Below, piece by piece: positions 26,567 to 35,911 of a stretch of DNA of 40,550 nucleotides (positions are counted from its first letter, which is position 1; every line of letters starts with the position of its first letter). Source of the stretch: a virus (lineage: Duplodnaviria; Caudoviricetes); IMG/VR virus record IMGVR_UViG_3300034128_000030, positions 1 to 40,550 of that record; one strand, written 5' to 3'. Below the pieces are notes generated by a model. It saw only the letters and a program-made list of their open reading frames with translations, was not told where the DNA came from and searched no databases. Both the position numbers and the translations under genes were made by a program.

Positions 26567-28123
26567 TCAGAGGTCCTTGAGCAGGTCCTCGGTGCCGTCC
26601 GCTTCGTCGTCGGGGGTCAACTTGACCGCGTATCCGTCGATGAGGCCTTCGGGCACGTCGCGGTTGGGGTACTGGCGCAGAAGGTCCTCTACTTGCTCAC
26701 CCAGTTTCTTGTTCCCGCGGTACGCTGTAGCCCCCATGGAGTCGGAATGGGTCAGCGCGTGGGCGAAATTGGACTTCGCGGTGACTGCCCACCCGGTTTC
26801 AGACGACCTGGACTTGACTTGGTAAAAGGTGAAGTACCCCTTGCCGATTGCACGCTCGTCGCGGTTGATGGTGAGAGCGTTGGTGGCGCTCATAATGATG
26901 CCAAAGCACTCCGCCACGTCCTCCTGGGTCAGGAGCCGCTTCTGTCCGCCCATTCCCTTGTTGACCTTGGAACCTTCGCGGTTCGTCTGGGCCACGACCA
27001 GGCAGTGGAATTTCTGTTCAACAGCCAGCTGCACAAATTGGCGATACAGGTAGTCCTGCGTCTCGCGCAAGCTCCACTTCGCGCCCTGAGACTCGCGCGC
27101 GTAAAAAATGGCCGGGTAGTCGACGACAAGGAGGTCGTACCCGCGGCCCCGCTCGGCCGTCCGGCTAGCCTGCATGCGCAGGACGTCAGCGACAACGTCC
27201 TCGACGTACGCGTTGACTTTTGGGATGTGGATGTAATGCAGATACTTATTCATGTACTTGGTCATAACGTCCATTTCCCGGGCTCCGTCGGGCGTATGAG
27301 ACCACTTCCAAAGCTCCCCCTTCGTCTTCCCGACGACGGAGCAGTACATTTTTGTCATCATGTCGTTGCGGCGACCTTCGCGCGTAATCCATAGCACGGA
27401 CTTCTTTGCCATTGCGTTGTGTCGGACAATGGAGCTGAGCACCGTGGTCTTCCCGGAATTTGCAGCCGCGATAATGACCGTTGTGTCTCCAGGCAACAGA
27501 GACCCCTTCGTCCCCTCCGGTAGGATTTTGCGGTCCAGGATGGTGAGGCCTGTGCTGATTGCGTTCTCCATGTCGAGCGTTTCGGCCTCGCGAACGGAAC
27601 GCCAATCTTCCCAGTCGGCCAGGGGGTTCTCCTGGAACGAACCGAACAGCAAATCTTTACTGGTGGCGTGGAGGAGGGATTCCGCCTTGTCGAGCTTCCT
27701 CGAGTTGATGAGGTTAATCGTCTGGGGCATGTTCGTCAGCAAAAGCTGAAGTTTTTGCCACCCTGTGAGCTGCTCTGCCAAGTAGTCGACGCCGTACGTC
27801 GCGGTCTTGGCGTTACACAGCGAGATTTTGTTGTTGATTCGCACCCGGTCTGCTTGGTCGAGCGCCTGGAAGTCCCGCCAGGCTCTGAATTCGTCCAGGC
27901 TTGTAGGAATATGATTGTAATGGTCGTAGAATTCGGTGTAGGCGCGGTGGATGCGAGCGATGTCCGGGTCGGTGAACCACTCAGAGAGCAACCTCTTGTA
28001 GGTGGTCTTGAAGAACGCGTCTTTTTGCATGATGTGGCCGCAAATCGCCTGCTGCTGTCCCTCGTCGAAGGGAAGCTGGGGGCTGACGCTGTCGAGCTTC
28101 AGATTGGTGGGGTCGTCACGCAT
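26567..28123 (-). CDS. dnaB: DnaB-like (SF4) replicative helicase
   Basis: 'ISTGLTILD', Walker A AAANSGKT, 'LLVVDY', 'AQTNREG', 'VKSR'. Overlaps the primase stop. Confidence 0.88.
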   Translation of the reverse strand: MRDDPTNLKLDSVSPQLPFDEGQQQAICGHIMQKDAFFKTTYKRLLSEWFTDPDIARIHRAYTEFYDHYNHIPTSLDEFRAWRDFQALDQADRVRINNKISLCNAKTATYGVDYLAEQLTGWQKLQLLLTNMPQTINLINSRKLDKAESLLHATSKDLLFGSFQENPLADWEDWRSVREAETLDMENAISTGLTILDRKILPEGTKGSLLPGDTTVIIAAANSGKTTVLSSIVRHNAMAKKSVLWITREGRRNDMMTKMYCSVVGKTKGELWKWSHTPDGAREMDVMTKYMNKYLHYIHIPKVNAYVEDVVADVLRMQASRTAERGRGYDLLVVDYPAIFYARESQGAKWSLRETQDYLYRQFVQLAVEQKFHCLVVAQTNREGSKVNKGMGGQKRLLTQEDVAECFGIIMSATNALTINRDERAIGKGYFTFYQVKSRSSETGWAVTAKSNFAHALTHSDSMGATAYRGNKKLGEQVEDLLRQYPNRDVPEGLIDGYAVKLTPDDEADGTEDLLKDL

Positions 28124-29135
28124 AGTGTTCCTTGATGTCCTTCAGATACATGAAAATGTGCTGGGGGTAGAGGCGGGGCGCCGAGTCCATCAGGTCTTTC
28201 ACCTCGTCGAGAGGCATTTCTCCTAGGTCGGAGTACTGGTCTGGGGGTCTCATGTCGTAGACCTCCAGGTTCTCCATGAGTGCTCGCAGCTCCTTCATCA
28301 GACGGGAAGCCTCCATAAAAGCATCTGGGTCAAGAGCTAAATACAAGCGCTCGATGCCGGAGAGTTTCAGGAGCTGGAGCTGGGTTGGGGAGACGAGCTT
28401 ACCTAGCGAGGCCACCCCGCCGCCGCAGAGGTCGGTTTTGATGGCATCGAACGGTCCTTCGCACAGAATGGCGTGACGGCTGCCCTCAAGGTTGTCCCCA
28501 AACATGAACGTGCGCTCTTTCTTCAAGCCTGTGGACGTAATGGCCTTTGGGACCCTGATGGTGGTGTTGCTCTCTTCGTCGTACCACTCAGAAGGCCCCA
28601 GAATACGGGTCTGCCACCCAATCATCTTCCCGCGGGAAATCACCGGGAATACAATCGAATTCTTGGCTGGCCACCAAGCGATTTTGTACTTCTCTGCCAA
28701 TGCCAACGGCACGCCGCGTTTGGCCAGGTACTCCTCCCCGGGAGACCCAGGAAGGGGCCGGAATCCGGGGTCCGCCAACACCTCGAGCTGGGTCTCGGGG
28801 ACGAACATCGGAATTTCATCATCTTCGTCGAAGAAATCCTCCAAGACCAGGTCGAGATACAGGCTCGTGGGGCCCGACGCGACGCCGTACAGCTCGCGTC
28901 GCAGCGTGGCGATGTCGGTCCCCAGCAGTTCGGTCAGGACCCACTCCGCCTTGCCTGAAAACCCGCTGTTCTCGTTACAGACCCAGCAAACAAATCTGCC
29001 GTCCGCCTTTCTGAGGTAGAGTTTCTGTGCCTTCCCGCAGCGGGGGCAACTCAACACAAAGCTCTTGGAATTTTGCTTGTAGGGGATACTCCCCTCGTCA
29101 AGCAGTTCCTGAAGTTTAACTCCCAGATGGGCCAT
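28116..29135 (-). CDS. DNA primase (Zn finger + Toprim)
   Basis: CPRC...CWVC, 'YLAKRG', 'EGPFD', 'LALDPD', 'DLGE'. Confidence 0.9.
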   Translation of the reverse strand: MAHLGVKLQELLDEGSIPYKQNSKSFVLSCPRCGKAQKLYLRKADGRFVCWVCNENSGFSGKAEWVLTELLGTDIATLRRELYGVASGPTSLYLDLVLEDFFDEDDEIPMFVPETQLEVLADPGFRPLPGSPGEEYLAKRGVPLALAEKYKIAWWPAKNSIVFPVISRGKMIGWQTRILGPSEWYDEESNTTIRVPKAITSTGLKKERTFMFGDNLEGSRHAILCEGPFDAIKTDLCGGGVASLGKLVSPTQLQLLKLSGIERLYLALDPDAFMEASRLMKELRALMENLEVYDMRPPDQYSDLGEMPLDEVKDLMDSAPRLYPQHIFMYLKDIKEHYA

Positions 29136-29143
29136 GTAACTCC

Positions 29144-29172
29144 AAGGTACTACGGTATTTTTTCAACATCAA
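29144..29172 (-). promoter_or_regulatory. Putative promoter TTGATG-N17-TACCTT for primase-helicase
   Basis: Correct spacing, intergenic, directly preceded by a GC stem (AGCCCGCC...GGCGGGCT, ~29172-29206). Confidence 0.45.
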
Positions 29173-29217
29173 GCCCGCCGATGGCGCAATTGGCCAAGGG
29201 CGGGCTCGGACCTACAC

Positions 29218-30375
29218 TTACTCCTCAGCGGTAGGCAGGTCGTCCAGAAGGGGGTCTACTTCCGACGACGTCTCATCGGGGGCCCCAAGCGTCAGCTCGT
29301 TGGCCTGGTCGCGCCTCTTCAGCTCGGCGAGGACCTCCTTGCAGAGATTGGGGTCGTTCTTGAGAGCGGCAATCATGGCCGGCTTGCCCTTCCAATCCTT
29401 CCCCCCGAAGCTGTACGTGAGCTGGTTGGGGCGCGCGATGATATTGTACCCCGTCCCCAGCTTGAAGGCCTCCTCATGGAGGTTGACGATTCCCTTGTGG
29501 TAGTCGAAGGTAAACTCTCCGTGACGCTCCTTCGGGCCCATCGTGCTGTCAATCATCTTGCACTTAATCCGGTGCGCGATTTTCTCGCCCTTACCCTCGG
29601 TGTCCTCGGTGCGCTCGTCGTAGAAGGACTTGCCTTCCAGGTCGACCTTGCCGATTGCGTTGCGGTTCGGTTCCAAGAACAGGTTGTATTCGGCTACGTG
29701 CTGCTGGCCGAAGCTGGACTGGATGCGGTACTTGTTGCCGCGCTTGACCTCCAACTGGTCCATCTGGGCTCGAACGTGGCTGGTGAGGACGAGACCGAAC
29801 CGAATCGCGCGCTGGACCGGCAGGATGCGCTTGAGGCCCTCCTGGATGGTGGCTGCGTTGTCGCCAATCTGCTGGGTCATGATTCCGTCCGAGTTCAGTG
29901 CGCGGCGGCCCTGAATCTGGGAAGTCGAATCGATGGCGACCATCTTCAGGTTCATCTGACGGTCCTGGACAAGGGCCATGAACTCGGTCTCGATGCGGTC
30001 AAAAATCTCGTCGGGGCGATTGGTCTGAAAACAGACGTACCGCTCGGGGTCGATTCCCCACATCGCCATGTCGGCCTCGGTCAGCTGGCCCTCCTCGCGG
30101 AACTCGGTGTCGAACTTAATCGCGAACGCCGTGGGGTCGTCCCGGTGAAGCTGGCCAATCATCGAGTTCGTGAAGACCGTCTTGCCGCACTTCGGCGGTC
30201 CGCTGACCTGAATCGTGAACCCGACGGGAAGGCCGTGGCCGTGGCCGAAGCAGAAATTGACTGAGGGGGAAGGGGTTCGCAGTACGAACTCGTGGACGTT
30301 CCGACGGCCCGCGGTGGGCAGGGCCCCCTTCATTCCGAGCAACTTCTCCATAATCTTCGCGTTATTAGGTGCCAT
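29218..30375 (-). CDS. recA: RecA/UvsX-like recombinase
   Basis: Walker A GPPKCGKT, 'FDTE', 'AIDS', and RecA-like C-terminal 'YSFGGKDWKGK...LKNDP'. Confidence 0.88.
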   Translation of the reverse strand: MAPNNAKIMEKLLGMKGALPTAGRRNVHEFVLRTPSPSVNFCFGHGHGLPVGFTIQVSGPPKCGKTVFTNSMIGQLHRDDPTAFAIKFDTEFREEGQLTEADMAMWGIDPERYVCFQTNRPDEIFDRIETEFMALVQDRQMNLKMVAIDSTSQIQGRRALNSDGIMTQQIGDNAATIQEGLKRILPVQRAIRFGLVLTSHVRAQMDQLEVKRGNKYRIQSSFGQQHVAEYNLFLEPNRNAIGKVDLEGKSFYDERTEDTEGKGEKIAHRIKCKMIDSTMGPKERHGEFTFDYHKGIVNLHEEAFKLGTGYNIIARPNQLTYSFGGKDWKGKPAMIAALKNDPNLCKEVLAELKRRDQANELTLGAPDETSSEVDPLLDDLPTAEE

Positions 30376-30383
30376 GTCTTCCT

Positions 30384-31022
30384 TTAGTATCGGGGTTTGC
30401 CGAACTTGAATCCGGCGGTTGTTGTGGTCGGTTGAGGTGCTGCGTTCGGTGCTACAGGTGAAGGCTCATTGAGGTCCCACTCGCCCGCCGGCCAAGCTTC
30501 CGGGGTCTTCTTGGTGAGTGCTACTTCGAGGTCGGTGTCCATATTGGTGTTCTGGGCGTTGTAGTTGGGTCGGTTGTACATCCCGTCGGTTTCTGAAACG
30601 ACCTTCTTCAGGGCGTTCAGGGCCGCGTCCATGTCTTTGATTTTGAGGCGGAAGTACATGACCGCAGCCTCGAACCGCAGCTCCTTCTCGACGGCCGCAT
30701 TGTACTCCGGGTCAGCATCCAGCAGGGCTGCTCGCGTTTCTGCGTTCGATGCGAGTTTCTTTTCTGCCAGGATGCCTGGAATTACGTCGATGATGACAAC
30801 CGCCTTGCGTCGAGCCGTTTCCTGCCCAGCCAACAGGTGTCCGAGATAGACCTCAGGCAGGTGTCGACCCAGGACGAAGCAGGCCTTCGAAAAACAGGCC
30901 AGCAGCTCGGGAGCCTTCGGTCGAGTGACAAAGGCAATTTCATGCACTCGCCCTTCGGCCGTATTTGGTACGGTCAGGTCGTAGGTTTTACCGTCCGGCG
31001 TCACAAAGACATCATCGTTCAT
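30384..31022 (-). CDS. UvsY-like recombination mediator (putative)
   Basis: Helical protein with 'ALLDADPEY', between SSB and UvsX. RBS AAAGGAG supports the start at 31022. Confidence 0.5.
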   Translation of the reverse strand: MNDDVFVTPDGKTYDLTVPNTAEGRVHEIAFVTRPKAPELLACFSKACFVLGRHLPEVYLGHLLAGQETARRKAVVIIDVIPGILAEKKLASNAETRAALLDADPEYNAAVEKELRFEAAVMYFRLKIKDMDAALNALKKVVSETDGMYNRPNYNAQNTNMDTDLEVALTKKTPEAWPAGEWDLNEPSPVAPNAAPQPTTTTAGFKFGKPRY

Positions 31023-31040
31023 TGTTTCTCCTTTCGAACA

Positions 31041-31081
31041 GTCCCCCGACCAGAAGACGACCAAGAAAACAGTCGGGGGAC
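31041..31081. other. 10-bp inverted repeat / stem-loop between SSB and UvsY-like genes
   Basis: GTCCCCCGAC-N21-GTCGGGGGAC. No clear U-tract. Confidence 0.55.
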
Positions 31082-31099
31082 CAACCAAAAGAGAATCGG

Positions 31100-32320
31100 T
31101 TACTTATTGTACTTCGCCATGAACGCTTCCATGTCCTCTTCCTCGAGCTGCGAGGCAAGCTTCGGGGTCACGGTCCCCGGCTTCACCTCTGCTTTGGGGG
31201 CGGCGGCGGGGGTCACAACGGCTGCTGCGGCGGCCTTTGCCTTTGCTGCCTTGCGTGCTGCCAGGGCTGCCATCTGCGCAGCCAGGGCTGCCTCCTCGGC
31301 GTCCTCCTCCGACTGAGCGCTCGGCACGGCGGGGAGCGCCGCGGGAGTCGCCTTCGGTGCGACAGCTACAGGAGCTGCTGCGGGGGCGACCGGCTCGTCC
31401 TCGGGCTCGTCACTCAGGATTTCCTCGACGGCGGGGGACGCAGTGGCCGCCTTGGCCGAGTTCTGCTGCTTGGGCATATTGCAACAGGTGCGGATGATGT
31501 CCTCCTCGCCGCCGCTGTCGACAATCATCTTGATTTGGTCAGGGGTGAGGTCGCGACCGAGGGTGTCCAGCGCGGGGAGCTTCTCGAGCGCGTCGAGGTC
31601 CGACTGCGTGAGAGCGTCATATCGGATGCGCTCCATGGTCTCGCCGTCGACGGTCACCTCCTCCTTGAAAATCTCGGGGACGTCCCGAATCTCGTTGAAG
31701 TCGGTCCCGTGACGGGTCCACTTGAACCAGAGGCCCTTCTCAGGTGCCAGCGGGTCCACGCCCTTCGCCAGCAGCTTGTCGATGAGCCCGGGCGACGTCG
31801 GATTGTTGCTCTTCAGGAACTTGTAGGCGGCGTGGCTGCACTGGAAGAATCCCCAGACGGAATTGATGTCCTTCGCGGCCAGATGCCACTTGCGGTCGCA
31901 GTTGTGAGCCTTCAGCCAACCAGCCACGTACTGGGTTGCGGCGGTGACCTCCTCCTCCGTCTTACCGGCCTTAGCCAGCTCCTCCTTCTTGCTCTTCAAC
32001 GTGTCCTTCTGGAGACGAATCGCGTCGCACTCGGCGCAGTGCACGGTGATGTTCCCGTTCCGGTCCGTCTTCTCGCAGCAATTGAAGGTCACCGGGATGT
32101 CCCGCGCCTTCCCGTCGCCGCCGACCACCTTGAGCGTGTAGCCCCAGTGCTGCTTCAAATATACCGCCCAGGTCCCACGCTCCGCGAGGGCGCCGTAAGG
32201 CGGGGCGATGCGAACCGTGACCGTGCGCTGCTCTGGCTTCTTGTGCCCCAGCTTGAAATATGTGAGACGCTTGCTCTCGTTGCTGCCGCTGTAGTTGGCC
32301 TTGCCGAATTGAATTGCCAT
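31100..32320 (-). CDS. gp32-like single-stranded DNA-binding protein
   Basis: 'YFKL...VRIAPP...QHWG...C...CAEC' core, an Ala/Pro linker and an acidic tail 'EEEDMEAFMAKY'. Replication-module context. Confidence 0.7.
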   Translation of the reverse strand: MAIQFGKANYSGSNESKRLTYFKLGHKKPEQRTVTVRIAPPYGALAERGTWAVYLKQHWGYTLKVVGGDGKARDIPVTFNCCEKTDRNGNITVHCAECDAIRLQKDTLKSKKEELAKAGKTEEEVTAATQYVAGWLKAHNCDRKWHLAAKDINSVWGFFQCSHAAYKFLKSNNPTSPGLIDKLLAKGVDPLAPEKGLWFKWTRHGTDFNEIRDVPEIFKEEVTVDGETMERIRYDALTQSDLDALEKLPALDTLGRDLTPDQIKMIVDSGGEEDIIRTCCNMPKQQNSAKAATASPAVEEILSDEPEDEPVAPAAAPVAVAPKATPAALPAVPSAQSEEDAEEAALAAQMAALAARKAAKAKAAAAAVVTPAAAPKAEVKPGTVTPKLASQLEEEDMEAFMAKYNK

Positions 32321-32352
32321 GTCTTGTTGTCCTTGGTGTGATGCGGTTGGTT

Positions 32353-33090
32353 TTACTTCTCTGCGTTCTTCTTGGTGTTCTTCTTTGCGTTCTTGATTTC
32401 GGTGAAAGCTTTAACTGCGTCGTCCTGCGTCACGGTGTCCCCCAGGGCGGTAGCGACGAACTTCCCCTGGAACAGGGCACGACCTACAGCCGCCTGTGCC
32501 TGGAGGGGAACCCCGAGGACGAGCACGGGAATCACAGGTCCGTCGGCGCCGAGCGCCTTCACTTGGGCGAGCGCGTCGAACTCGAGCAGTCCCGCGATGA
32601 AGTCGGCCCCGAGAACCGACGCCACGTAATTCTCGACCATCTCGTGGACGTCCTTGTCGTTCGCGAAATAGGTGTTGCCAAGAAAAGGCAGGTCGGGAAT
32701 CGACGACAGGCCAATCCGCTGAGCAGTCTCCCGGATGCCCTGAATCATCACCGCGAAGACGCTCGGGGTGAACTCGCGACGGCGAGGTCCCATAGCCGAC
32801 ATCACGGAGAACGCGATGGGGCGCGTGGTGGTCTTGTAGTCTACCACAACCACGTCACTCAGCTCCCCAGCCTCCCCCACGAAGGTCTTGACGCTTGCGG
32901 CCGGTCCCGTGACGAATACGGGGAACCCGACCTTCTTGAAGGCGGCGACCAAGGCCGCCTCTGCCTCCGGCAGAGCTGCTCGCGCCTGAGAGCGCAGCAT
33001 TTCACGGCCCGGCCGGGTCCTCATGTCTCCCGCGACGGTGTTGTTGGCTGCCTCATTCAGCTCCTGGAAACGCTTCATCGCATTCTTCAT
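32353..33090 (-). CDS. Hypothetical protein (245 aa, MKNAMKRF...)
   Basis: ATGA-coupled to the DnaE C-fragment stop. RBS GAGGAG. Confidence 0.7.
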   Translation of the reverse strand: MKNAMKRFQELNEAANNTVAGDMRTRPGREMLRSQARAALPEAEAALVAAFKKVGFPVFVTGPAASVKTFVGEAGELSDVVVVDYKTTTRPIAFSVMSAMGPRRREFTPSVFAVMIQGIRETAQRIGLSSIPDLPFLGNTYFANDKDVHEMVENYVASVLGADFIAGLLEFDALAQVKALGADGPVIPVLVLGVPLQAQAAVGRALFQGKFVATALGDTVTQDDAVKAFTEIKNAKKNTKKNAEK

Positions 33091-35516
33091 TTGCTCTCCT
33101 CTTCGTCGTCTTCTTCTGCTGCTTTTGTTTTTGCTGTCAGCGACGGTTCCAGAATTAGAACGTCCGCCAGAAAAAAGCCCGTCTCGCCCGCCTTGCGAAT
33201 CAGCAGGCACCCGACGATGGCTCCAGTGAGTGTACTGGAGAAATTCGCGGGGAGTCCATCCTTGCTAGGCCATCGTACCATCGACACCCGAGTACCGTCA
33301 ACGTCCAGCGTCAGTTCGCACGCCGTTTTCTGGTCGCCTGTGCTCTTCTGTTTATAATCAAAACGGCGGTCGGCCACGACATACGCAACCGCAGACACCT
33401 TGAGGTCGCCCTCGAGAGGCCCAACGTCCAGCAGGGCCTCGTACTGCTTGCCCGTCACCACACGCCAGGTGTCGCGCACGTCGCCCACCCAGTGCTCGAA
33501 CTCGCCCGTCTCCGTGTTGAGGCGGTCGCCCTCGGAAACAAAAGTGAGAAGGTCGCCGCCACGGAACCGCTGTGGGAAGGTCGCTCTGGCAAGGGGAAAA
33601 ATCCGCGCACTGAACGCTGGGAGGACCTTCTTGCGGAGCTGGAGCCTGACCAGCGGGGACTCGAGGTCGAACTTGGCTGCGATGGAATTAATCTTCCTCT
33701 TGCCCACCACATTACGGAAGGCGAACACGAAGCTGGTCAGCCTCTGCTGAATCGTCATGGGGGAGCCGCTCTCGTCGACGGTAGGGAACAGGCTGTCCAT
33801 CGCGCCGGAGACAATCAGGTTCTGAATCACGGTCGTGTTCAGCGCCGTGACCCCCTTCGCCCACACCAGCTCCGTTTCTCCTGTTGTTTTGTTGACCTTC
33901 TTCCGCTGGCGGGGGTGGGCGACGCGCCAGTCCTCAATCTTCTTCAAGAAGTCCTCGAGCGAGGCATAGGGGGCGCTCACCAAGAGCTGCTCGTGAGCTT
34001 TCGCGCCGAGACCATGCAGGAGGCTGAGCGGGGCTCGGATTCGGTCGTTCTGGATTGAAAAATCCCGCTTGCTGAATTGGATGTCGGGGAGGTCGATGAG
34101 CTTCCCGCAGTAGCGCCAGAACTTCTCGTCGATTTCCTTTCTGTCTGCATTGGTCAAAACAGATGCCCACCACTCGAGCGGATAATGATGCTTCAGCCAA
34201 GCGCAGGCGTACGAAATGGTGACGTAGCAAACGGCGTGGGACGCGTTGAACCCGTACTGCCCGAAGGTCTGCATCATGTCCCAAAGCTGGTCGGCCCCCT
34301 CTTGCCCCAGCTTTGACGCAGCCCCTTTCATGAACAAGGGCTTGTCGATTTTGTTCACGTCAACGATTTTCTTCTTGGAGATTCGCTGACGGAAGTTGTT
34401 AGCCTCGATACCTGTAGTGCCGCCGACCTCCTGGAATACGCGCTGGAGGCCTTCTTGGAAACAAAGGACGCCCCTGCTCTCTGGCAGCATCTTATCCAGA
34501 ATGGGCAATGCCCCGACGGGCTTGAGACCGCGGGCGCGGCGAGCATACTCCACGAGCATATTGTGGGACTCGCCGGTCTCGTCCGTCACCTGTGCGTCGA
34601 GAGGGCCTGGCCGGTCGAGCGCGGTGAACACGGACAGAGCTTCGATGCTGCACAAAGGAGGCTTCTTGCCTGGCTCTGGGGTGAAGTGCCTGAGGCCTTG
34701 CCGCGCTGAGCCCGCGTCAAACTGAAACACACTCTCGACCTTGCCCTCGCAGATGTCCGTGTAGACGGCGTCGTCTGGGGGGAGGTCCCAGATGTCGAAC
34801 TCTGCATCGCCGAACGGCACGATGCGGATGACAGGAACCTTCTTACCGTCGAGCGTCTTGAAGGGGATGCCTTCGTCATCAACGTACTGAAAATCGATTC
34901 GGGCATCGGGGGCAAGAGCCGCAGTGTCTGGAGCGTAGGTCTCGCGAATAAGCTTGATTGCCCCGCCGATATCCAGGAGCGACCTCACCGTCAGAAAGTC
35001 GACCTTGAGGCCGCCAGCCGCCTCAACCGCTGCGGCTTGGAAGCCGGTGACGCGCACGCCGCCCACCGTCATCAGGGGGATGAAGTTCTGGATGGGTTCA
35101 TTACTAATTAGGAACCCACAGGGGTGGCGGGTGTTCGAACGTGACAGTCCACCCAACAGCATCTGTACCACGCTCCACTCGCGGGGGTATTTTTCAACAA
35201 ACTTCTGGAGCACCTTGTTGGTCTCGAGGAGGCCCGGGACCCACATCCCGTCGTTGTCTTCGTAGCCGAAAACATATTCCTTATCGCCAATCCCCTGCGG
35301 CGGGTTCGGCAACGCCTTGCAGATGGCCTCGATGACTGGTGGTACACGCGGCTCAGTATTCCCGCCCTCACGGTCGAAGGCTCGAAAGACGTCCTTGATG
35401 GAGGACTTCAGCTTGAAGCTCGTCACGGCGCCGATTTGAGCCACGCACTCCCCGAAGCGCTCCTTCAGCCAGCCCTGGCGGTGAACCGTCACCTTCTTGA
35501 TGGATTTTATCTTCAT
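33087..35516 (-). CDS. dnaE: DNA polymerase III alpha, C-terminal fragment
   Basis: 'HPCG', 'GGLKVDFL', 'VFQF', 'RPGPL', 'FQE', 'YGFNASHA', HhH and OB regions. Confidence 0.92.
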   Translation of the reverse strand: MKIKSIKKVTVHRQGWLKERFGECVAQIGAVTSFKLKSSIKDVFRAFDREGGNTEPRVPPVIEAICKALPNPPQGIGDKEYVFGYEDNDGMWVPGLLETNKVLQKFVEKYPREWSVVQMLLGGLSRSNTRHPCGFLISNEPIQNFIPLMTVGGVRVTGFQAAAVEAAGGLKVDFLTVRSLLDIGGAIKLIRETYAPDTAALAPDARIDFQYVDDEGIPFKTLDGKKVPVIRIVPFGDAEFDIWDLPPDDAVYTDICEGKVESVFQFDAGSARQGLRHFTPEPGKKPPLCSIEALSVFTALDRPGPLDAQVTDETGESHNMLVEYARRARGLKPVGALPILDKMLPESRGVLCFQEGLQRVFQEVGGTTGIEANNFRQRISKKKIVDVNKIDKPLFMKGAASKLGQEGADQLWDMMQTFGQYGFNASHAVCYVTISYACAWLKHHYPLEWWASVLTNADRKEIDEKFWRYCGKLIDLPDIQFSKRDFSIQNDRIRAPLSLLHGLGAKAHEQLLVSAPYASLEDFLKKIEDWRVAHPRQRKKVNKTTGETELVWAKGVTALNTTVIQNLIVSGAMDSLFPTVDESGSPMTIQQRLTSFVFAFRNVVGKRKINSIAAKFDLESPLVRLQLRKKVLPAFSARIFPLARATFPQRFRGGDLLTFVSEGDRLNTETGEFEHWVGDVRDTWRVVTGKQYEALLDVGPLEGDLKVSAVAYVVADRRFDYKQKSTGDQKTACELTLDVDGTRVSMVRWPSKDGLPANFSSTLTGAIVGCLLIRKAGETGFFLADVLILEPSLTAKTKAAEEDDEEESK

Positions 35517-35911
35517 GTCCTAACGCCAGCCAAGTAGGATGTGATTTGCGTGCCCCTGTCCAATCCAAACTTCTCAACGTGGGAGACAGCGATATTGCAC
35601 GGATGACACAGAAAGCCCCTAAATACTCCCGTGGAGTGGTCGTGGTCAGCGTTCCATCCTCGAACATGTCGGGGGTCCGCGGACCCGCAGCACTCACAAT
35701 GGTTCGCTAGTGGTCTTAAGGCCTCCGCCTTCTGATGCTCGCCCGGGGCCCAGCCGCGCCGGTTCCCCTTCCTGCTGTTGAGCTTTGCCTTCTCTGGATT
35801 GTTATGCCGCCAGCTCTTGCTGCGGGCTCTACCGCACTTTTTGCACTGCCCGTTACCGTAATACTCGGACGTACCGCAAACACCGCACGTACCATCTTTA
35901 GAACCGGACAT
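35513..35911 (-). CDS. Endonuclease VII-like (His-Me finger) putative homing endonuclease
   Basis: 'CECCG...DHDHSTGVFRGFLCHPCN', plus N-terminal CxxC...CxxC. Inserted between the dnaE halves, with lower GC. Confidence 0.88.
   Translation of the reverse strand: MSGSKDGTCGVCGTSEYYGNGQCKKCGRARSKSWRHNNPEKAKLNSRKGNRRGWAPGEHQKAEALRPLANHCECCGSADPRHVRGWNADHDHSTGVFRGFLCHPCNIAVSHVEKFGLDRGTQITSYLAGVRT

Noticed and set aside
35513-35911. Group I intron carrying the endonuclease
   Set aside because: The three ORFs overlap each other with their own RBSs, leaving no non-coding sequence for a ribozyme core. Not excluded without a covariance-model search.
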